IMG/VR virus record: IMGVR_UViG_3300036802_000127
Coordinates: 1-37,454 of that record
Direction: 5' to 3' (one strand)
DNA: 37,454 bases
Source of the DNA: a virus
Taxonomy: Duplodnaviria > Caudoviricetes
In this document: piece after piece, positions 26,071-35,271 of the stretch
Layout: every line of letters starts with the position of its first letter
How positions within the stretch are numbered: the first letter of the stretch is position 1
Translations under genes and position numbers: made by a program
The notes under the pieces: model-generated
Told to the model about the DNA's origin: nothing
What the model saw: the letters and a program-made list of their open reading frames with translations, nothing else
Databases searched by the model: none

Positions 26071-26428
26071 TTTATTTGGAGATAGTGCCACAAGAAGTGG
26101 TGAAGAAGAACAAGAAAATAACGTTAACAACAACAATAACATTAACGATAATGTTAACGGAAATGAAGACATTAATGAAAACGATAATGGTAACAATGAT
26201 CCAGAAGTGCCGGAAGTTAAAAAAACAGAAGTTAAAAAGAAAGCAAATGAAGATATCCTCGAATTATTAAAAGACAACAATGATAAAAAAGTTGTAGGAT
26301 TTCATTTAGATAAAGATGTTCGTGATGCGTTCCAAAAGGTGTTAGGAAAAAAACCACCTAGGGGTGCTCAATCAAAACTTGCAAATAAAATATTCCGTGA
26401 TTTCTTTGAAGAACGAGGTATATTATAA
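26063..26428 (+). CDS. Centromere-binding protein with C-terminal ribbon-helix-helix
   Basis: TTG start after AAGGAG overlapping parA stop; disordered N-rich N-terminus; KKVVGFHLDKDVRDAF...QSKLANKIFRDF RHH pattern. Confidence 0.75.
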   Translation: MADLFGDSATRSGEEEQENNVNNNNNINDNVNGNEDINENDNGNNDPEVPEVKKTEVKKKANEDILELLKDNNDKKVVGFHLDKDVRDAFQKVLGKKPPRGAQSKLANKIFRDFFEERGIL

Positions 26429-26456
26429 GTCCTACATTTGTAGGGCTTTTATTTTT
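26427..26456 (+). terminator. Terminator after par operon
   Basis: AAGTCCTACA-T-TTGTAGGGCTT followed by TTATTTTT. Confidence 0.7.
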
Positions 26457-26522
26457 GTTAATGATTACGTTAAAAATAATGTAAATGTTATTGTTAATAT
26501 AAACATTAATGTTAACGTTAAT
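26457..26522. repeat. Centromere-like hexamer array downstream of par operon
   Basis: 11 tandem hexamers, consensus RTTAAY. Confidence 0.7.
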
Positions 26523-26552
26523 TTGAAAACCCCACAATTAAGTAGGGTTCTC

Positions 26553-27161
26553 TTAGGATTTTACTGCTAGTTTATCCATGAAATCATGTATGGATGTTGC
26601 CTGAAAGATACGCAAATTGGAGGAATTTAAGTCGTATTTCTTTTCAGTAATTATTAAAATCGATGGAAAAAATTTAGAGTCTTTTGGTTGCCAGGACTCA
26701 CTATGCCATTCTTGACTGTGGAAGTATAATTCATACCTGTTGATTTTATCTTGCATAATCTTTTTACTGTAAACTGATTTCTGGACTTCAATGAAGAATG
26801 GGGATCTACGCCATATTGTAAATGCATCGGGCTCCATATATTCTTTACCGTATTTCGGTTCAACTTTGAATAGTTTAGATTTTTCATACTGAATGAGTTG
26901 TTTGTATACGTCCACAATGCCGAGGAAGTGGGGAATCTTTTGGCTAGTTTTTCGAAGTGTGCTAGGTTGAGGGAAATATATAAATGGTTGCTGCGAAATG
27001 TTGGCATCCACATGACCATCTCTTCGTAATCGTTTCATTACTGTATTACAGCAAGTAACTGCGTTTTTCACTCCATGAAAATGCAAATCTATAATATCAT
27101 CACGAGACATACATCTAAAACGGTTCAAATCGCTCAGTATCGCTTTATCTCTATTCCTCAT
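26553..27161 (-). CDS. Replication-relaxation family protein (PF13814-like)
   Basis: N-terminal wHTH, H-F-L, EPDAF and FFIEVQ PD-(D/E)xK-like motifs, KINRY. Confidence 0.8.
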   Translation of the reverse strand: MRNRDKAILSDLNRFRCMSRDDIIDLHFHGVKNAVTCCNTVMKRLRRDGHVDANISQQPFIYFPQPSTLRKTSQKIPHFLGIVDVYKQLIQYEKSKLFKVEPKYGKEYMEPDAFTIWRRSPFFIEVQKSVYSKKIMQDKINRYELYFHSQEWHSESWQPKDSKFFPSILIITEKKYDLNSSNLRIFQATSIHDFMDKLAVKS

Positions 27162-28317
27162 CTTCTAATACCCCGAACAACGGAATCTCTTCTTGTGGAG
27201 GATTCTGAAGCGTCATATCACCTTTAGGTACTCGGTATGGTTCAACAATTTGTTTCGCCTTACTTAATTCCAAATAAGGAGCTTGCACTTTCTTTAATCC
27301 ATTTAACTTTAATATCATTTGGCCCGATTTCTCCAAGTGTTCTGATCCAGGTGTACCCATGATATTACTATTGATTGTACTATCACATTTAAAGCCCATT
27401 CTTACGGTCATATTGAGCTTTAACTTACCATCCAATACTTTTGCATCTGGTCTCTGCATACTGAGCATGAGAAAGACACCAAGTGCCCTACCAACTGCCG
27501 TTATCTTTTCTATTGTAGACATACATTCTTTTTCATCCTGGAGCATTGCTACTTCATCGATTGCAAGTAAGATATATGGTTTCTGTTTATCAGGATTTAA
27601 TTTGTTATATTCATCAATATGATCAACTTCATACTCTTCCATTAGCTTTCTACGTTCGCGTATTTCCTTCCACACTTTCTGCAGCATTATCTTCATTTCG
27701 ATTTCTTCCATACACACTTCTTTTACATGCTTTACTCTTCTCAAAAAATGGAATTCAGAGTTTTTTAAGTCACCCAGGTACAAATGTAATTTATCAGGAG
27801 ACATATATTGAATAAGTGTTGATAATACAACACGCACCATACTACTTTTACCGCTTCCTGTTTCCCCTGCAATCAATAAATGCGGTGTATTTGCTTCAAC
27901 TATGTCATACACAATCATATTTCCAAATTGGTCCCGACCTACCACAATAGGAAGACGATGTTGTTTTAGTAATGGCTGCCACTTCTTATAACTGTAGTTG
28001 TATTGTTTTAGTCCTGCATCTGAATGAAATACATTTAGTACAAACCGTTTAATATCACCTTCAATTGCTACATTACGCCCTAATATTTGTTGAAAACAAA
28101 ACCATTTCTTTTCAATAGTCTTCGGGTCCAAACCATTTGGAATGGTGAATATATATCTAACTTTTTCTTGTGTGGAGGAAATGTCATGTATCTTTGGGTA
28201 AATTGGTACTTTTCCACCTCTTGTTTGGTGGTCCACATATAAACCTGCTTTTCCAAATACCTCTATAAGTTGATTCTTCAAACTTTGTTTATGAAGCCAC
28301 TCTTTGATGATTCCCAT
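27151..28317 (-). CDS. FtsK/SpoIIIE-domain DNA translocase ATPase
   Basis: PHLLIAGETGSGKS, DLKNSEF, LAIDEVA, GRALGV, QRPD. Confidence 0.9.
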   Translation of the reverse strand: MGIIKEWLHKQSLKNQLIEVFGKAGLYVDHQTRGGKVPIYPKIHDISSTQEKVRYIFTIPNGLDPKTIEKKWFCFQQILGRNVAIEGDIKRFVLNVFHSDAGLKQYNYSYKKWQPLLKQHRLPIVVGRDQFGNMIVYDIVEANTPHLLIAGETGSGKSSMVRVVLSTLIQYMSPDKLHLYLGDLKNSEFHFLRRVKHVKEVCMEEIEMKIMLQKVWKEIRERRKLMEEYEVDHIDEYNKLNPDKQKPYILLAIDEVAMLQDEKECMSTIEKITAVGRALGVFLMLSMQRPDAKVLDGKLKLNMTVRMGFKCDSTINSNIMGTPGSEHLEKSGQMILKLNGLKKVQAPYLELSKAKQIVEPYRVPKGDMTLQNPPQEEIPLFGVLEDEE

Positions 28318-28327
28318 GTGACACCTC

Positions 28328-28522
28328 CTAGAACATGATTAAGATTTTGATAAATACATAACCGATGAAACAAACTCCACCTATTCGCATTCCGTGATAT
28401 ATTCCATCACTTACAAGTTTAGCTGCTGCAACGTGATCGTTTTTAACAAGATGCTTTTCTAATATCGCCCCACCAATTGTCGTTACCCCTAAAGCTCCTA
28501 AAGAAATAAATGTAGTTAACAT
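28328..28522 (-). CDS. Small two-TM membrane protein
   Basis: 64 aa hydrophobic; first gene of ftsK operon; AGGGGGAG RBS. Confidence 0.75.
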   Translation of the reverse strand: MLTTFISLGALGVTTIGGAILEKHLVKNDHVAAAKLVSDGIYHGMRIGGVCFIGYVFIKILIMF

Positions 28523-28602
28523 ATAAAACTCCCCTTTATAAACAGAATTTTAAACGCTGATGATATATGGGTTTAACGCCTCAAAACCTTGGTAGTGTTA
28601 CT

Positions 28603-28734
28603 TTGATAACTAACTTGATAGCTACTTTGATAGTACAAATACTAGTTACCTTGATAGCGATTAAGCTATTTACTTTGGTAACTGCTTTGATAATAAGTTT
28701 GATAGCTACTTTGGTAGCGACCTTGATACATCAT
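28603..28734. repeat. 12-bp tandem repeat array (consensus TTGATAGCTACT)
   Basis: 11 units in register, 9 beginning TTG(A/G)TA (28603, 28615, 28627, 28651, 28675, 28687, 28699, 28711, 28723). Confidence 0.8.
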
Positions 28735-28835
28735 ATTGTGGATGGCTTGTACAATATTCAAACTTTCGTGAAGTTTAAAAAGTTTAATTTTTGTACAGAC
28801 TTGTTATCAATTAAGAAAAAAAGGGAGCGAGAATA

Positions 28836-29060
28836 ATGTTTGGTCTTGGTAAACCGCGTTCGCGTTTCGGAAAATTCCTTGATAAAAATGGTCTTTCACA
28901 GCAAGACATAGTGAGGGAAAGTGGTGTTAACAGAGGAACAATCAGTCGAATATGCCAGGGTGATGCATTTCAACCGTCATTAAAAAATGGAAGCAAAATC
29001 ATAAAGGCATTGCGGAAATTAACAGGAAGAAATGTTGATTATAATGATTTTTGGATGTAA
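28836..29060 (+). CDS. XRE-type HTH regulator divergent from ftsK operon
   Basis: LSQQDIVRESGVNRGTISRIC; C-terminal DFW. Confidence 0.85.
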   Translation: MFGLGKPRSRFGKFLDKNGLSQQDIVRESGVNRGTISRICQGDAFQPSLKNGSKIIKALRKLTGRNVDYNDFWM

Positions 29061-29104
29061 AAGGAGTATATTAGAAGTAAGAAACCAAGATAGGCGGGAT
29101 AAGA

Positions 29105-29323
29105 ATGACAGAGGTAAGAAATACAGAAATGTTTTATGTCAATGAAATTGAAAATATTTTAGTGAAAATAAATATATCATTTCAAAATGAACAACAATAC
29201 AATTATGATCTACTTAGATTTTACAATGTAATCGAATATGAATTTAAACAAATCAAAATCGGAACAACAACACAAGAACAAATTGTTTCGATGTATGAAA
29301 AAGTAAAATCTTTACTGCAATAA
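29105..29323 (+). CDS. Hypothetical protein
   Basis: 72 aa, AT-rich. Confidence 0.55.
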   Translation: MTEVRNTEMFYVNEIENILVKINISFQNEQQYNYDLLRFYNVIEYEFKQIKIGTTTQEQIVSMYEKVKSLLQ

Positions 29324-29355
29324 AAAAGCCGCCCAATTAGGACGGCTCTTATTTT
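29322..29355. terminator. Bidirectional terminator
   Basis: AAAAAAGCCGCCC-AATT-AGGACGGCTCTTATTTT between convergent genes. Confidence 0.75.
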
Positions 29356-30128
29356 CACTTCAAATAATCCCAATGCCATCCGCGTGCATCTAGCCAAGCG
29401 GTAAAGTTATCTAACTGAGGATTCGCAAGCTTCTCTGTTAGCACATACGGATCAGAACCATCACCTTCAAATCGAACAGCGCCCTCGATATTTCTTGCCG
29501 CAAGGACTTCAGATACTTCTTTGATAGCATCGAATCCTAAACCGCCTGTTTTAATCTTTCTGCGGCCATCATCATCATTACTAGACACTGGATTCCCTCC
29601 TTGAATAGATTTCCCTACAATAACTTCAGCAACTGCTTTAGCCGCTTTATCAAAGTTAGCGCGATATTTTTGCATATCACCTTCGTTATCAATAAAGCAG
29701 ATCTCAGGAAGTAACCCTGTTTTCGTTTTATTAATCCAACCTAATTCAGTAGAGAATTTGATTCCTCGATCTCTTAATCCAAAAGCATCAGCCATTGCTT
29801 TAGAAATCTTTGCGGCTAATTCTTTATTTCCGTATGAAGGATGCAACCAAACCTCACAGCCTGTACCACCTGGAGTAGCGTTTAGATGAAACTGTAAATC
29901 TACATTACTATCTTTAACACGCAAGTGATTGTTACCTGCGTTACTCCAAACATCATATTTTGTCGTTCCTACTTCATCTGAACAGTTTACATATTTCCAT
30001 CCTGCTGCTTGTACATAATTAGCAACAGCATCTAAGAAACGTCTATCCTCCACATGCTCAATTCCAAATTGACTATTTGCACCTGGTACAATTTTGTTAT
30101 GACCTCCTGAACCTGCGAAACAACCCAT
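29355..30128 (-). CDS. Endolysin, N-acetylmuramoyl-L-alanine amidase (Amidase_3) with C-terminal cell-wall binding domain
   Basis: GGH, E, FHLNA, LPEICFIDN zinc-amidase motifs; follows holin. Confidence 0.9.
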   Translation of the reverse strand: MGCFAGSGGHNKIVPGANSQFGIEHVEDRRFLDAVANYVQAAGWKYVNCSDEVGTTKYDVWSNAGNNHLRVKDSNVDLQFHLNATPGGTGCEVWLHPSYGNKELAAKISKAMADAFGLRDRGIKFSTELGWINKTKTGLLPEICFIDNEGDMQKYRANFDKAAKAVAEVIVGKSIQGGNPVSSNDDDGRRKIKTGGLGFDAIKEVSEVLAARNIEGAVRFEGDGSDPYVLTEKLANPQLDNFTAWLDARGWHWDYLK

Positions 30129-30553
30129 TATTCCACATCTCCCTTTTTAATTTCTTGTTTTTGTTTACCACCTAAAATTTCAACTGCATTCGTTAGTGCT
30201 GAAGGTAGCGGAATTCCCATACGTCCTGCGTTTTCTAAAAGTGAAAGCAACTCATTTCCGATAAAGAAAAAGATTGTCGCTTCACGAATAGCGCTATTAG
30301 TACCCATAACTGCATCAGCTTGAGTGGCTGCTGCGACCAAAAGAAAAAGCACCACCTTTTTGGCGATGCCTTTGAATCCTACTTTACTTTTCAACTCTCC
30401 GTTATATCCTGCTGCGAATACTCCTGTTAAATAGTCGATAACTGCCATGATAACTAGAACTTTCAATGTTGTATCCCATCCTCCCAAAAAGTACCCACAG
30501 AAGGCACCAAATGTGGCTACAAATGTTTTTGTTAATACATCAATACGATCCAT
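30128..30553 (-). CDS. Holin (phage holin 4_1 / toxin-secretion type)
   Basis: IDYLTG, KGIAKK, NELLSLLENAGRMGIPLP. Confidence 0.92.
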   Translation of the reverse strand: MDRIDVLTKTFVATFGAFCGYFLGGWDTTLKVLVIMAVIDYLTGVFAAGYNGELKSKVGFKGIAKKVVLFLLVAAATQADAVMGTNSAIREATIFFFIGNELLSLLENAGRMGIPLPSALTNAVEILGGKQKQEIKKGDVE

Positions 30554-30607
30554 ATTTTCACTCCTTTTCTAAAAAAAATAAGCCTGATATCTGCACGCGT
30601 TGCTTGG

Positions 30608-30766
30608 TTAAATATAATTGGAACAGTTCTTACAACTAATACTTAAAGCTTCATATGACTCAGCAAAGCGATCATTCTCTAATGAGATTTTCTCTTTATC
30701 ATAAAAATCATCCTTAGATAATTTTTGTTCTTGTCCACATTTATCACATTTGATTGTAAAGCTCAT
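30608..30766 (-). CDS. Small zinc-ribbon protein (52 aa, not in ORF track)
   Basis: AGGAGG RBS; CDKC...CKNC. Confidence 0.7.
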   Translation of the reverse strand: MSFTIKCDKCGQEQKLSKDDFYDKEKISLENDRFAESYEALSISCKNCSNYI

Positions 30767-30801
30767 GATAAGACCTCCTTTTTGTACTAAAAAAGAACAG
30801 C

Positions 30802-31281
30802 TTATAACTGCTCTGTAGTTGTAATACTACCGCCTTCTGTACTTTCACCTGGTGGTGTAACAGGGTCTGTTGGTTGCTCTGGTTCAGCTACAGGTGGTTG
30901 TTCTGGCTCTTTCGGTTCTTCTTTCACAGGTACAACTTGCTTCACATCGATTCGTGAGAAGATATAATCGCCAATTACCACTGTAATTGTATTATTATTG
31001 TTCAATTGTTCGTTTAAGAAAATAGGGTCATAATCGTTTGTTATGATTACCATAGGTTTGCCACTATTTGTGTGTACTTCTAATTTTGTAGTACCTTCAG
31101 TTACAGGTAAATTAACTGGAAGAATACGTTTTACATCAATTCGCTGAATAATAAAATCACCGATAAGCACGGTGATTAGGTCATTACTATTTAATTGATC
31201 GTTTAGCACCTGTGCATTGTATGTTTCAGCTTGTACCTTATGTTTTAACCCGCCTTGTGTATGGATTTCAATTGTTTGCAT
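30802..31281 (-). CDS. Tail-module protein with duplicated domain and Pro/Glu-rich tail
   Basis: Two copies of E(I/V)HT...LN(D/E)QLN...TV(L/V)IGD.I..RIDVK. Confidence 0.7.
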   Translation of the reverse strand: MQTIEIHTQGGLKHKVQAETYNAQVLNDQLNSNDLITVLIGDFIIQRIDVKRILPVNLPVTEGTTKLEVHTNSGKPMVIITNDYDPIFLNEQLNNNNTITVVIGDYIFSRIDVKQVVPVKEEPKEPEQPPVAEPEQPTDPVTPPGESTEGGSITTTEQL

Positions 31282-31315
31282 ATATTATCAATCTCCTTTT
31301 ATACTTTTATTTATC

Positions 31316-33289
31316 TTAATACGTACCGCCACTTCTTGATTGGATAAAAAGTCTTCCTGTAACAGTAGCATTTATTCTAGCTAAACTATTCGGTGTAATT
31401 TTAATCTCCACGTAACGGCCGCGTTGCAGTTTTCCCTCATTATCCTTTGCTAAATACGGAATCAAATTAATATCTTGTCCTCTTATTGAATCAAACGGCA
31501 ATGTATTCCCATCTACTTCAATCGTTACTTTTGATGGAGTCTGGTATAATTCGAAAATGCCAAACTCAATTTCGTGTGTATGGTCCGGTAAAGTTATATC
31601 GTGTTTATGGTTTGGAATGCTTATGTCGTGCGTATGGTTAGGAATACTAATGCTATGACTATGGTTTGGAATGCTGATACTATGGCTATGATCTGGCAAA
31701 GAAATATCATGAGTATGACTTCCACTAGAACCATGTGTGTAGAAACTAGATCCTGTTCCTTTTGCGTAAAATGAAGCCGCTGTATTTCTTCCAGGATCAG
31801 AAAAAGCTGTATACAATCCTATAGTTGTTGGTTCTGCAGGCATAATCCCGCCGCCATGAAACATCTTATGAACATGGTCTCCTCCACCACTTGATGCCCT
31901 TACCGTACCACCGCCAGCACTTGTTGAACTAACGTTTGCTCCTCCTGAACTTGTAGAACCTACGGTCGCTCCGCCAGAACTAGTTGAAGATACATTCGCC
32001 CCACCTGCTGAAGTCGAAGCTACAACAGCTCCCCCACCTTTTATCGCTCGTTCATACGCCCTGAATCTTAATGTTTCAAATGTAAGTAATAATTCATTCA
32101 CATTCTTTACATCGTTAGGTATTTGAAATCTTATGATAGCTGGATGATCGGGGTCGCAGTTGTCTTGGAAAGGTTGACTATCAATATTAGTTGTCCCTTG
32201 AGAATACACTTCGTTTACTCTTTGTCGCTTCTCGATATCTGCTTGTATCGTACCTAAATCAGTTACCTTATTTTCTAATACAAGCTTTACATCAAGTGGA
32301 TTACCAGTGACATCATCTTTCGGACGGTCCATTACTCTTAAATCAACCGATATATTAAAATCCTCATCGTATAAGCGTACTAGCTTACCAGTCTCATACT
32401 TTTCTATTTTGTATGGATCAATTAATTCGTAGTCAATTGCATCAATTTCATACGTAACTTTCGGCATACAAGCTTTTAGTAACATCGCCTTTGCTGAAGC
32501 ATAAAGGGATTGTGCGTCTTCGAATCGTCTATCTACCCAAATATAATCAAACCCATCATGTAACTCTCTGACAAAATCAGGGGCATCTATATAGGGTATA
32601 CCATTGTTAACGCCTTTTATCGTAAGCTGATTAACACCTTCACCATAACCAAGGGGATAAATCCTTGTCATGACATCTTTAGCTTCTACTTTTCTTTTAA
32701 TCCCCTTCATATTCTTACGGTATCGAAGTTCACCCGTAATTTCTTCAGAATATCGGACAATGTTTAATGTCCAAGGATAAGACGAATCATCCCATGTCCA
32801 TTGGAATTTCTCATCAAATGGTTTTGGTATACTATATATCGGGCCTAATATAGTATCTTCATTTTCCCAACTGTATGAAAAATACTTTGTAAAATCGCAT
32901 CGTCCAAGTTTCCAATGTTTTATTCTTTGTTTGCTAAGGAGATACTCGATATTTTCCCTTGTGCTTAAATTAATTCTTTCGTGATAACCAAAAAGCACAC
33001 TATCCATCAGTGTGGATAAAACGTGCTCGCAATCATAAGTTATTATTTTTTCATGTACTTCTCTTTCTTCTTCACTATCCATAATACGGAACATACCGAT
33101 ACGTTTACCGTTATCAAATATCTCCACATAATCAAAGGTTTCGATTTCTTCTCGCTTTGGATCAGTGAATGGTAATGAAAAACCCGCCGTCCAAAGTTCA
33201 TTGAGCGGCGGGCTGTATTTTATGTTGTATGCATTTTCAAGATATGCTTTGAGCTGCATTTGTTTGTTGTAGAGTTTTATTTTACGCAT
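31316..33289 (-). CDS. Tail spike / Tal-like baseplate hub protein with His-repeat needle
   Basis: TRIYPLGYGEG prophage tail motif; STSxGG repeats and HxH repeats. Confidence 0.85.
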   Translation of the reverse strand: MRKIKLYNKQMQLKAYLENAYNIKYSPPLNELWTAGFSLPFTDPKREEIETFDYVEIFDNGKRIGMFRIMDSEEEREVHEKIITYDCEHVLSTLMDSVLFGYHERINLSTRENIEYLLSKQRIKHWKLGRCDFTKYFSYSWENEDTILGPIYSIPKPFDEKFQWTWDDSSYPWTLNIVRYSEEITGELRYRKNMKGIKRKVEAKDVMTRIYPLGYGEGVNQLTIKGVNNGIPYIDAPDFVRELHDGFDYIWVDRRFEDAQSLYASAKAMLLKACMPKVTYEIDAIDYELIDPYKIEKYETGKLVRLYDEDFNISVDLRVMDRPKDDVTGNPLDVKLVLENKVTDLGTIQADIEKRQRVNEVYSQGTTNIDSQPFQDNCDPDHPAIIRFQIPNDVKNVNELLLTFETLRFRAYERAIKGGGAVVASTSAGGANVSSTSSGGATVGSTSSGGANVSSTSAGGGTVRASSGGGDHVHKMFHGGGIMPAEPTTIGLYTAFSDPGRNTAASFYAKGTGSSFYTHGSSGSHTHDISLPDHSHSISIPNHSHSISIPNHTHDISIPNHKHDITLPDHTHEIEFGIFELYQTPSKVTIEVDGNTLPFDSIRGQDINLIPYLAKDNEGKLQRGRYVEIKITPNSLARINATVTGRLFIQSRSGGTY

Positions 33290-35258
33290 AGCTTACACCA
33301 TCTCTTAATAATGTTAGTCCAAGTCCCTTCGCTATGAGTTCAAACATGACCTTATATCCCTCATCATTCGGGTGTAACCCATCAAATAATAAGGAGTCGA
33401 TGGTTACACTAGTATTAATGGCATACTCCATATAACCTTTATAATTCGAAATATAATCCATCTTGAATTCTTTGGTCACCTGATGAATTGATCGGTCTAC
33501 GTCATCCATTTTGAAATTTCGTACTGGTTCCATATCATTCGCAACAGATACTGGATTCGCCGCCATGACGATTACATCTTTTCCTAATCCACGAATGTAT
33601 TTAATAAGTTCTCGTTGATAGCTCTTTGTTACAGCTGTTGTTTTAAAATTATGACGGTCATTTGTACCAATTTGCATAATAATGATACTATCGGCAGATT
33701 CAATTAACTGGTCTCTTTGTTGATATAGATACTGTGAATGTTTGCCGCTAATACCAAAGTTAACAACATCAGCTGTTTTAGGGATTTTTAATCCTTGAAT
33801 GTATATAGAATTACCAGATGCACCAGTATTCTTTCGGTTTGTTTCTCGAATTTCAACTAAATGCTCACCTAGTGTCAAACCTGTAACTTTCTTTTCCACA
33901 TTGTCGGCATATGTTCCGTACGTGTCTAATTCTCCCCATTTTACACCGTCCACATAAATATCCATTATGCCACCACCACCAACCGTAGCATGATAAATAC
34001 TGAAATGATCGCCATAAAAAGTGAACTGAATGCCGTTATTTGTTGTTGTATTAGAGAAGAAAGCCTGCCATTTAAACGTTGCAGTATTATTTTCCACAAC
34101 TTGATGTGTAGCTGCTAAGAAAGAAATGTTCGGATCGTTTACTGAGATATCGTATTCGCGATTGTATTCAGCTATAACATGATCTCTCAGCATATTAGCC
34201 CAACAAACTGCCGTTGTTACATTTGTTTTAAATCCTGTATTTCCGATAATCTTGTCTGTAGCACTATATCCAGTTCCGCATAACCCCGCAGTTATCGAGT
34301 CGCCAATTAGTTTAATAATCGTTCGGATAAATGGATTATTCAAGTGCTTGTGGATGATTTCCTTGATTGTTAGGATTTCACCCATTTCTCCTGTTACTTT
34401 GATAAAACTTGTATTTTTTCCTAAAGGTATATTGTTGTAGTAATAGAATAATAACCTTTTATTTTTAAACTTTGTCTTGTCGTTATATACTTCAAACGAA
34501 ACTGTGTAAGGAGATTTAGTTATATCTACAACTAACGCATATAACCTTGCATCAGAAGGAAGATTAATGTAAAGATTCGTTCCCGTTTGGTTTAAATTAA
34601 AAATATCATTACCCATAGTAGAAAATGTATTTGGTTTAATTACTAGCTTTTTACCCTTCAAATCAACGGTAATCATATCTTTTGATATAATTGTCGTTTC
34701 ATACATATTCATACGAGTGTAATCTATTGTATCTGCAGCGATATTGGTATTTGTAACGGTTATCTTTCTATCAGTTAAATAATTGTAATTGTCGTCATCG
34801 CTAATAAATGTAATGAATTCAAAGTTTGAACCGTATACTTTCTTTGCATAAAGGCGAACAATTGATACTTCATTGTCTACTACTGAAGTAAACCTTTTAC
34901 AACTCAACTCACTTGTACGATGGTTATACACTAATAAATGTAGAGCCCCATCATCCGCGGAATCTGGTAAAGGTATTTCAACCTGTGTAGGTGATATGTT
35001 AAATGCGTACTTCTCTAGAGCTATATAACAATTCCTTAGAATCGTGATTTTTCGAGTTTTATAGTTAACTTCAATGTAATTCCTATTAATTAATTGAGCT
35101 TCAGGAACATTCAGTTTCTCAAAGTTAACAGCGTTATCAGCGATTCGTCCTCTTGTTGCTGGTTTTAACGCTTCATTGGCATTATCAATCGCTTGGTTTA
35201 TTTTAGGATAACCCGTTTTTAGGGTATCTTTTGGTAATAACTTAGGCGCATCAGCCAT
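33282..35258 (-). CDS. Tail-associated protein with SGNH/GDSL esterase domain (putative receptor-binding protein)
   Basis: GDSIT (block I), FGISG (II), IGTND (III), DGLHPN (V); start MADAPK after AGGTGGTG. Confidence 0.8.
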   Translation of the reverse strand: MADAPKLLPKDTLKTGYPKINQAIDNANEALKPATRGRIADNAVNFEKLNVPEAQLINRNYIEVNYKTRKITILRNCYIALEKYAFNISPTQVEIPLPDSADDGALHLLVYNHRTSELSCKRFTSVVDNEVSIVRLYAKKVYGSNFEFITFISDDDNYNYLTDRKITVTNTNIAADTIDYTRMNMYETTIISKDMITVDLKGKKLVIKPNTFSTMGNDIFNLNQTGTNLYINLPSDARLYALVVDITKSPYTVSFEVYNDKTKFKNKRLLFYYYNNIPLGKNTSFIKVTGEMGEILTIKEIIHKHLNNPFIRTIIKLIGDSITAGLCGTGYSATDKIIGNTGFKTNVTTAVCWANMLRDHVIAEYNREYDISVNDPNISFLAATHQVVENNTATFKWQAFFSNTTTNNGIQFTFYGDHFSIYHATVGGGGIMDIYVDGVKWGELDTYGTYADNVEKKVTGLTLGEHLVEIRETNRKNTGASGNSIYIQGLKIPKTADVVNFGISGKHSQYLYQQRDQLIESADSIIIMQIGTNDRHNFKTTAVTKSYQRELIKYIRGLGKDVIVMAANPVSVANDMEPVRNFKMDDVDRSIHQVTKEFKMDYISNYKGYMEYAINTSVTIDSLLFDGLHPNDEGYKVMFELIAKGLGLTLLRDGVSYA

Positions 35259-35271
35259 ATTCTTCACCACC

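Noticed and set aside
26364-26570. 68-aa ORF with NVNVIVNININV
   Set aside because: Read-through of the hexamer centromere array; it overlaps the CBP gene and a terminator.
28730-28760. Possible sporulation-sigma (SigE/SigG) promoter for the ftsK operon
   Set aside because: GAATA...CAATATGA match and spacing are too loose to support by eye.
28567-28836. 89-aa hydrophobic ORF in the ORF track
   Set aside because: Its 4-residue periodicity simply reflects the 12-bp DNA array and it has no RBS; treated as non-coding repeats.
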